Assembly (NCBI GenBank): GCA_951406725.2
Contig: OX597818.1
Coordinates: 141,732,001-141,796,000, forward strand
DNA length: 64,000 nucleotides
Source of the DNA: Octopus vulgaris
Lineage: Eukaryota
Direction: 5' to 3'
Shown here: in pieces, positions 54,865 to 64,000 of the stretch
Layout of the letters: each line of letters opens with the position of its first letter
Numbering within the stretch: the stretch's first letter is position 1
The notes under the pieces: model-generated
Told to the model about the DNA's origin: nothing
The model's input: only the letters and a program-made list of their open reading frames with translations
The model's database searches: none
Program-made: the position numbers and the translations under genes

Positions 54865-54902
54865 CAGTTGAAAAGGTCTCAAAATGACCGAAACCGGTAC
54901 TG
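54865..54902 (+). ncRNA. Minimal hammerhead variant (U3-A8)
   Basis: CAG-TTGAAAA-GGTC-tcaaaat-GACC-GAAA-CCGG-TA-CTG; predicted cleavage after A54899. Confidence 0.78.
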
Positions 54903-55271
54903 AAATGTTCACTATAAAATTATTTTAGCATTTTCTATTTTTGACTTGTTTTTTCATATATATCAACTCGTGTGTTCCTTTTCACCCTTATACATATATA
55001 TATATATACGACAGGCTTCTTTCAGTTTTTGTCTACCAATTCTACTCACAAGGCTTTTTTTGCCCGAGGCTATAGTAGAAGACACTTGCTCAAGGTGCCA
55101 CGCAGTGAAACTGAACTCGGAACCAAGTGGATGGAAAGCAAGCTTCTTACCAGACAGCCACTCCTGCGTCTATATAAACATATATTCTTGTAAACGTTCT
55201 TATATATACACATATCTGTGCGTGAAAAAATTAAGACAGACAGACAGATAGACAGACAGACACACAGACAC

Positions 55272-55304
<33 letters not shown>

Positions 55305-55438
55305 TAGATAGATAGATGGATGGATGGATGGATGGATGGTTGGATGGATGGATGGATCGTAACAGAAAGATAGATTAAGGAAAAGAAAAAAGAAGGAACT
55401 ATAAAACATAAATAGGCAGACAGACAGATAGATAGATA

Positions 55439-56146
55439 TGGGCTGAACACAGAGGGGAGAAAATACAGAGTGGAGCTTTTCTTTTTGGAAAGAGGAAGAG
55501 AAGAAAAGAAAAAGAAAGTGGGTCGAATTCCGATGAAAAAGGATCGTAAAAAAAAGGTGGAGGCCTCAATAGGGGTCGTATATCACAGAAATTTCAATGT
55601 AAAAAGGGAAAACAGATTAGGTTTATCCGTTGAAAGAAAAGTCTACGGAAAAGACTACGGGAACTTTGGGCAATAGTGTCATGCAAAACAAACACATTAC
55701 AGTAAATGGCTCTCTTTTTTTTTTTTTTGGCGGGGGGGGGGGGTCATAGGATCTCCGTTACTCACACGTGCCATCCTTGCTACATTCACCATCTTTTTTG
55801 AAATATTCACTTGACAAAACTTCCCTCTCTACTCTCTTCAAGCGATACTTCCTCTTCAAGCGATACTTGAAGAAGTTGATGAGAGATTCACCAGAGAGGA
55901 AAGTGTTTGTGTCTAAACCTGTCGGAGGCGTCCACCATACACATTCTTTCGCCATAGCCACAAGTACGATACAAATGGCTCTTCCTTCCCGTTTCAAGGA
56001 AGGAGGTGCGACAATATTCTCGGTTGATAAACTAACTCGTCCCACACGCGGTAGCAGTCGTTCGACATAGGCCCACAGGTCCAAAATGGTTGGACACTGT
56101 ACGAGTGCGTGCAGAACGGTTTCGTCGCTCTGACCGCATCTCGGAC
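55439..56146 (-). mobile_element. L1/Tx1-like LINE 3' end (C-terminal zinc-knuckle region + UTR)
   Basis: PRCGQSDETVLHALVQCP..LW...WW; flanked by (TAGA)n-type repeats. Confidence 0.8.
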
Positions 56147-56223
<77 letters not shown>

Positions 56224-56284
56224 AGAGAAAAGTAGATAAAGAAAAAGAAAAAAGAAACTAAGAGAAGGAAAGAACGAAGATAAC

Positions 56285-56685
56285 TTTCTTTATTGGCCAC
56301 ACAGAGGGGACAATTACAAATGTAGAGCTTTTCTTTACGGAGATGGAAAAGGAAAAAGAAGAAAAAAAGGAAACAAATGTAAAATTTCGATCAAAAGGGA
56401 TTGGAAGAAAAACAAAGCAATCAAAAGGGATCGTGTATCACAGAAAGAAATTTTTTTTTCAAAGTAACAAACAAGATTCATTTCATCAGTGGAAAGAAAA
56501 GCCTACAGAAAAGACCACGGTAACCTCAGGCAGGGAGTAAATAAACACATGAGAGCAAAGTGCTCTCTCTCTTTTACAGGATCATGCTCAAAGTGGTTTC
56601 GTCACTCGCACGCACCATCTTTGCTACATTCACCCACCTTTCTTTGAAACTTTCACGAGACAAAACCTGCTTTTCCATTCTCGAA
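56285..56685 (-). mobile_element. Second L1/Tx1-like 3' end
   Basis: [22 protein letters not shown], homologous to the 55758-55830 region; UTR ends gtgtggccaataaagaaa. Confidence 0.75.
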
Positions 56686-56731
56686 GATAGAAAGGCAAAC
56701 AGATTGATAGAGGGACAGTGAGAGAGATATG

Positions 56732-56828
<97 letters not shown>

Positions 56829-56897
56829 CATAACAGAAAGATACATTAAGGAAAAGAAAAAAGAATGAACTAAAAAACACAAATAGTTAGACAGACG

Positions 56898-56995
<98 letters not shown>

Positions 56996-57230
56996 CATAC
57001 ATACATACATACATACTTACATACATACATACATACATACATACATGCATACATACCTATATATGCATACATACATACATACATACATACATACATACAT
57101 ACATACATACATACATACATACATACGTGCATGCATGAATGCATACATGAATTTATACAGGAGTTCATGTAGTATATGTGCATTTGTGTGGATGTGTATC
57201 TACTTGCCTGCGTTTATACTTGTTGGTACG

Positions 57231-57319
<89 letters not shown>

Positions 57320-57617
57320 GAAAAGAACGAAACAAACTAGCAGAAAGATAGATTAATGATGATGACTTGAAAATGATGAAAAGCTAATAGAACGAAGCTG
57401 ACTGTTCAGTTTAGCTTTCGCTCCCATAAGTGCTTTTACCGGTCGTACATTTCTCATACATTTCTGAACGGCAAACCACCATCATATATCGGTCAAATAA
57501 TATTTAATTGAAGTCAAGTTCACTGGAACTGACCCTTGAGGTAATCCATCTCGAATTCAGACAGGAAGTGAACTCATAATCCGTTTCCATACACACACGC
57601 ATACACATACACACACA

Positions 57618-57660
<43 letters not shown>

Positions 57661-57974
57661 ATATACATGCACACAAACATACATATACACACAAAAATAT
57701 AACTGCACACTTTCACACATAATATAAATACATATGTACATACACATACATTCACACACGTGCTCATGCATATACATACACTCACACTTAAACATAAATG
57801 TACACGCACATATGCACACATACACATACACACACACAAGCACTGTTTTCACTTGCTGGTACTACGTTCCTATTCGTTATTCTGTCTTTCAAAGAATGTT
57901 TGGTACGCCACCTAGTGGAGAAGTGAGTTCGGTTGAAAATTTTCTCATCCATCAGAGTCTACTAACACAAAAAG

Positions 57975-57990
57975 AAGCAGCAGAAGCAGC

Positions 57991-58077
<87 letters not shown>

Positions 58078-58632
58078 GGTGGTGGTGGTGGTGGTGGTGG
58101 TGGTGGTGGTGGTGGTGGTGGTGGTGGTGGTGGTGGTGGTGGTGGTGGTGGTGGTGGTGGTGGTGGTAGTAGTGGTGGTGGTGGTGGTGGTAGTAGTGGT
58201 GGTGGTGGTGGTAGTAGTGGTGGTGGTGGTGGTGGTGGTGGTGGTGGTGGTAGTAGTGGTGGTGGTGGTGGTGGTAGTGGTGTGGTGGTGGTGGTGGTGG
58301 TGGTGGTGGTGGTGGTGGTGGTAGTAGTGGTGGTGGTGGTGGTAGTAGTGGTGGTGGTGGTGGTGGTAGTGGTGGTGGTGGTGGTGGGTGGTGGTGGTGG
58401 TGGTGGTAGTAGTGGTGGTGGTGGTGGTGGTAGTAGTGGCGGTGGTGGTAGTGGTAGTGGTGGTGGTGGTGGTGGTAGTGGTGGTGGTGGTTGTGGTGGT
58501 GGTAGTGGTGGTGGTGGTTGTGATGATGGTGGCAGTGTGGTGGCGGTGGCGGTGGCGGTGGTCGTCGTCGTCGTCGTCGTCATTGTCGTCATCTTCGTCG
58601 TCATCGTCGTCATCTTCGTCGTCGTCGTCGTT
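57975..58632. repeat. Compound trinucleotide array (GCA)n-(GTA)n-(GTG)n-(GTC)n
   Basis: Direct reading; homopolymeric ORFs in all frames. Confidence 0.95.
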
Positions 58633-59713
58633 GTACAAGTAGTAGTAGCAGCAGAAGTAGTTGTTTTGTTTGATATTTTATCCCAATTGTTTATTTCTGT
58701 GACTGTTGGCGTCGTTGTTGTTGCAGCTGTTACTTGAAATGACATTACGAGACAAGACATAGAACAAACAGTGTTGCATGGCTTGATGATATCACAGTAG
58801 TATGTATTCGTTGTAATTTTAGCGTAGTATTGCGTAATCCGATGTAATGCGGAGAAGGTAACCCCAAAAACATCGGATTACGACATAGTTTAATCGTGTA
58901 GGTTGGTGTTATTTTATTTTAGCTGTTTCATTGTTTAGCACCAGATCAGCTTTGATCGAGCAGACATAAAGCTATGCTCCAAAACATTCCAGCATGACCT
59001 TCCTCCCCTGATACATTTGTATCTAGGACAATAGGATCCAATATGTCCTTGCATTTTTGAAGATGAGAGAGATGATTTGAGAGAAATTTGGCTGCTATCT
59101 CTAACAGGTTGAACGACTATATAGAGGCTCTTTCTTTGGTGCAGACAACTGTGATAGAAATGCGATATGGCCACACTGGTTTGGTTCTGGACTTCCTAAT
59201 ACAGAAGTCAATTCTACTCAGTGGAGTCCAAGCTTAAATTAATTTTGTTTAAGTGCACTGTTAATGACCCTGGTAATGGTAACAATCTTATATATATTTC
59301 CTTATGTATTTAAATTACATGGTTTTGTAACCAGTAAAAAAGAAATATGATATTTCAATTATGTATTTGGTTTGCAAGGTTCTTTATATGAACTCATGTG
59401 CTGACCTGGAGCAGAGAGAGCAAGTCATTGAAGAGGTTACGAATGACAACTACAGGATTTTGACAAACATATCTAATTGATGGATTAACTGAATGATTAC
59501 TCAAACAATCGATTAGTTAACTAGTTAAATAGTTAAACAATTGACGGAAAATAAAGAAACAGAACTAGTGTGTCTGTTTATTATTGGCATTATGACCTTC
59601 CCGTGAAATAAGGAAAAATGATAATCTTATGTGTAATGGATGTAAAGTAGATATATCTACGTATGTAACCAAAACAATGTTTTGGCTGACGTAGGCGGGA
59701 TTTAAAATTTAAA

Positions 59714-59879
59714 GACAGTGGCTGTCTGGTAAGTAGCTTGCTTGCGAACTACATGGTTCCGGGTTCAGTCCCACTGCGTGGCACATTAGGCAACTGTCTT
59801 CTACTATAGCCTTGGGCCGACCAAAGCCTTGTGAGTGGATTTGGTAGACGGAAACTGAAAGAAGCCCGTCGTAAATATG

Positions 59880-59924
<45 letters not shown>

Positions 59925-60138
59925 CTGTGTGTTTGTGTGTCTGTGTTTGTCCCCCAACATCGCTTGACAACCGATGCTGGTGGTTTACGTCCCCGTAACT
60001 TAGCGGTTCGGAGAGACCGATAGAATAAGTACTAGATTTACAAAGAATAAGTCCTGGGGTCGATTTGCTCGACTAAAGGTAGTGCTCCAGCATGGCCGCA
60101 GTCGCATGTCTGAAACAAGTAGAAGAGTAAAAGAGTAA
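59714..60138 (+). mobile_element. SINE family A
   Basis: Full body and tail as in the 27796 copy. Confidence 0.88.
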
Positions 60139-60235
60139 TAGCTAAATAACACTTGGAATATTGTGAGGTACTTAACCACTTCCGCTAATTCACCAGCAAT
60201 GCTGGTTACACATGTAATGATAATAAAAATATATA

Positions 60236-60626
60236 TCTTTATATATAAAAGAGAAGTTGTGTGTCTGTCTCCTACGATTTAGATTCCTAACTACTCCCAC
60301 ATTTTGCTGTGCAGTGTAACCAAAAGCGGGTATCTTATAGTCGTGATTCATATCGAGCCCTTCTGGGTATTAGCGCGCGTCTACGATGAGTCTACGATTA
60401 AAAAGAAAAATTACCATCATTTTTTCCCATTTTAATGCATTTTTTTGCTATTATATAAGGGAAGTAACCCTCTAAAAATGTATTATTAAATCTCAGAACG
60501 TAAAAAGCTACAGTAACCCCCTTTGTGGTTAGCCATATTGAGATGGCTATTATACTTTACATCTCTAAAAATGCTTATATAGTTATTTCCCTTACAAACC
60601 CGAGCAACGTCGGGCGATACTGCTAG
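60236..60626 (+). mobile_element. Non-autonomous Helitron, copy 2
   Basis: A|TC...hairpin...CTAG|T; different internal segment at about 60480-60560. Confidence 0.9.
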
Positions 60627-61340
60627 TTCATTATAAAAGATATTTAAATAGTGATTTCTTTTTTATATATATTTTTTTCTGCTACAAAAGAATACCCAAA
60701 TTCCCAACTGGCTGAAGGGAAACAATACCACATGAACAGGTTTACAAGGAGCGGGCTAAGCAACACCTTGGCTGACGGCAATCCATTGTTGTCTCATCGC
60801 CTTATTCTGCATACATAATTTCATATGTGCTCCAGAAGGTGTTTTTAGACCACAGTACGTAGGTCACTTCCAGGCAGGTCGGGATCTACCCCAATAAAAA
60901 CAATGTCAGAGGTATAGATCCTAACTCATGGAACTACATCGAACAAAGAAAAACTCGGAAACGAGGAGCCTACGATATATATGCATATTATATGTGGGTG
61001 TGTATTTGAATATGTATGTTTCCATGTATATGTATATATGTGTATATATATAAAACCACTATTAGGAAAATCAAACAATGAAAAACATAAGCCAATACAT
61101 TAAATTAATTTAATTTATATTATTTTAAATATATAAGTTTCAAAATATATTCTTTCCTAGAAGGTGTTGGAATATCCTTCAAGGATGAATTCCAAAATAG
61201 CGGTTCTATCTTACCTGTAAATTCCATAATTTACGAAGTTGAGATAATATAATATATTTATACTATAAAATTGGATTTAATCCTAAATCTGATTTTTCCC
61301 TGTAAGTTTGGATTTATTCCCTAATATTTTATTATACATA

Positions 61341-61846
61341 TCTATATATATAAAACTCTAGTTGTGTGAGTGTCTGTCCCCTTCGATTTAGATTCCTAAC
61401 TCCTCCCACATTTTGCGGTGCAGTTTAACCAAATTCGGGTATCTTATAGTCGTGATTCATATCGAGCCCGTCTGACTATTAGCGCGCGTCAACGATGAGT
61501 CTACGATTTTAAAAATAATTTAACATCATTTTTTATTCCATTTTAATGCATAAAATGCATCGTGTGTCGATGGCGGCGGAGTTGGCGTCCACGCTCACAG
61601 CTGCACCTGTTTGCTTCTCCCCCTTCCCTCCCTCGTGAAGCTGTGGGGAAGGGAGTGTAAAGAAATCAACGTCGTAATGCGTTGTGAAGGAAACCAGCGT
61701 TCTTTTAGAACAACGACTTCATGGCTTGAAGACACCAAAACAAAACTGGCTAAGAAAGCCCGAACTTATAAGGGAAGTAACTCTCTAAAAATGCTCATAT
61801 AGTTATTTCCCTTACAAACCCGAGCAACGCCGGGCGATACTGCTAG
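61341..61846 (+). mobile_element. Non-autonomous Helitron, copy 3 (long variant)
   Basis: A|TC...CCCGagcaacgcCGGG...CTAG|T; extra about 210-bp GC-richer segment. Confidence 0.9.
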
Positions 61847-61976
61847 TATATATATAATTTAATAGTGTCAAGGACCTATAATCCTTTGAGGGATGTTAGC
61901 ATCCTAGTTCTCCGGTTTATACCAGTGTTAAGTGAAAACCAATTATATGTGTGTGTGTTGCATTGATATATATATA

Positions 61977-62490
61977 TCTATATATATAAAACTGTAGTTG
62001 TGTGAGTGTCTGTCTCCTACGATTTAGATTCCTAACTCCTCCCACATTTTGCGGTGCAGTTTAACTAAATTCGGGTATCTTATAGTCGTGATTAATATCA
62101 AGCCCGTCTGGCTATTAGCGCGCGTCTACGATGAGTCTACGATTTTAAAAATAATTTAACATCATTTTTTATTCCATTTTAATGCATAAAATGCATCGTG
62201 TGTCGATGGCGGCGGAGTTGGCGTCCATGGTCACACCTGCACCTGTTTGCTTCTCCCCTTCTTCCCTCCCTCCTGAAGCTGTGGGGAAGGGAGTTTAAGG
62301 AAATCAACGTCGTAATGTGTTGTCAAGGAGACCAGCGTTCTTTTAGAACAACGACTTCATGGCTTGAAGACACCAAAACAGAAATGGCTAAGAAAGCCCG
62401 AGTTGGCATCTATAAAGGAAGTAACTCTCTAAAAATGCTTATATAGTTATTTCCCTTACAAACCCGAGCAACGCCGGGCGATACTGCTAG
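61977..62490 (+). mobile_element. Non-autonomous Helitron, copy 4 (long variant)
   Basis: Close match to copy 3, inserted in (TA)n. Confidence 0.9.
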
Positions 62491-62660
62491 TATATATATA
62501 TATATATATAATATTTATGAATGAGAAAAGAAGAAAATGGAGAAAATGGGATGCAAATATCAATTTATTCGAAGATATTCAAATCCATATAATGAAATTC
62601 CAGTCCTACAGCTGTTTCCATAGCCAATTAGTCCAATTCCAGAAGTATATATATATATAT

Positions 62661-63057
62661 ATTCTTTCTTTTATTTGTTTCAGTCATTTAACTGCGGCCA
62701 TGCTGGAGCACCGCCTTTAGTCGAACAAATCGACCCCAGGATTTTGTCTTTGTAAACCTAGCCGCGGACTTTTTCTATCGGACTCTTTTAATGAACCGCT
62801 ATATTACGGGGACGTAAACACACCAACATCGATTGTCAAGCGATGGTGGGGAGACAAACATAGACCACACAAACATATATATATATATATATACCTCGAA
62901 CTTCTTTCAGTTTCCGTCTACCAAATCCACTTACAAGACTTTGGTCGGTCTGAGGCTATTGTAGAAGACACTTGGTCAAAGGTGCCGCGCAGTGAAACTG
63001 AACCCGGAACTATGTGGTTGGTAAGCAAGCTACTTACCACACAGTCACTCCTGCGCC
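62661..63057 (-). mobile_element. SINE family A
   Basis: Reverse complement of the full family A unit. Confidence 0.85.
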
Positions 63058-63143
<86 letters not shown>

Positions 63144-63699
63144 CGAGGGTGAATCAAAAAGTAATACCATATTGTTTAGGACAGGTATAATTACCAACAC
63201 AGGAACATGTATCATGCATCAAAATGAAGCTAGTCCTCTGTGGTCCACATCCTTACTTCTCAACATTTCCCTCAATAGCACTGTTCCACCATCGAATGAG
63301 AGCATGTATCCCTGCCCCGTAAAGTTCTGTTGACTGTTCTATAGTTTTCACATCCTCGCCACTGGAATAATGGTTGCCTCTAAAACCCTCTTTCATGGGG
63401 CCGAAGAAATAATAGTCCAGTGACGATGATAGTCCAGTGACGATGATAGTCCAGTGACGAGAAAGTGAAAACTGTAGTGAAGAAGTGGCTCAAAGAACAG
63501 TCAACAGAATTTTACGGGACAGGGATACATGCTCTCATTCGAAGGTGGAACATTGCTATTGAGAGAAACTGTGACTATGTTGAGAAGTAGGGATGTGATC
63601 CACAGAGGACCTGCTTCATTTTGATGTATGATACATATTCCGGTGTTGGTAATTATACCTGTCCTAAACAAAATGGCATTACTTTCTGACTCACCCTCG
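63144..63699. mobile_element. Foldback MITE made of two inverted mariner 3' ends
   Basis: About 195-bp arms (63144-63340 and 63493-63699); the right part encodes KVKTVVKKWLKEQSTEFYGTGIHALIRRWNIAIERNCDYVEK*; (TA)n flanks. Confidence 0.88.
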
Positions 63700-63766
<67 letters not shown>

Positions 63767-63821
63767 TACTTGGAGAACAAAAAAGAAACGAAACAACGCG
63801 AGGGCGCTCAGTCATGCAATA

Positions 63822-63998
63822 AATTAATAAATAAAATATATGCATACATACATACATATATGCACGTACCTACATCTACATGTATATATACATGCATATA
63901 TAAATATATATATGTGAGTACAGGACATGCATGTATATATACATGTAGATGTAGGTACGTACATATATGTATGTATGCATATATTTTATTTATTAATT
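63822..63998. repeat. Near-perfect about 75-bp-arm inverted repeat
   Basis: aattaataaataaaatatatgcatac...acgtacctacatctacatgtatatatacatgcat is mirrored at 63927-63998. Confidence 0.85.
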
Positions 63999-64000
63999 GA

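Larger units (their letters stand above)
52918..54990 (+). mobile_element. Young 5'-truncated Penelope-like retroelement (Neptune-like)
   Basis: Uninterrupted RT-EN frame, about 800-nt 3' region with HHR, (TA)n on both flanks. Confidence 0.95.
52621..55170 (-). mobile_element. SINE family A split by a PLE insertion
   Basis: Head at 55170-55000 and tail at 52910-52621 on the minus strand; the PLE sits in its internal (TA)n. Confidence 0.85.

Noticed and set aside
57734-58760. Poly-P/T/V/G proteins
   Set aside because: Open in many frames on both strands because of trinucleotide repeats
58833-58882. 13-bp perfect hairpin (cgtaatccgatgt/acatcggattacg) as a pre-miRNA
   Set aside because: Stem too short and loop too large; no other support
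63411-63460. CRISPR-like short direct repeats
   Set aside because: Contiguous tandem repeats with no spacers, in a eukaryotic MITE, and no cas genes

Overview
AT-rich, microsatellite-saturated eukaryotic non-coding DNA. The SINE families and repeat style suggest an octopus/coleoid cephalopod intron or intergenic region; this is inference, not checked. I found no host protein-coding exon. Nearly all listed ORFs are translations of simple repeats. The window is a nested stack of mobile elements: (i) at least five Penelope-like retroelements (PLEs, RT plus C-terminal GIY-YIG), one with an uninterrupted 5'-truncated frame at 52918-54183; (ii) at least five hammerhead ribozyme (HHR) motifs with palindromic stem III. 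Three are minimal U3-A8 core variants in PLE 3' regions, two of them showing stem II covariation, and two are canonical-core motifs with long stem II; (iii) four non-autonomous Helitrons; (iv) mariner and Tc1 relics and several MITEs; (v) HERO/RLE-type, CR1-like and L1/Tx1-like LINE remnants; (vi) at least four tRNA-derived SINE families that share modules. The most notable system: SINEs carry internal (TA)n/(TG)n tracts, and HHR-bearing PLEs insert into such tracts. One SINE subfamily also shares its 3' tail with the local L1/Tx1-like LINE. All calls come from manual reading, and boundaries of decayed elements are approximate.
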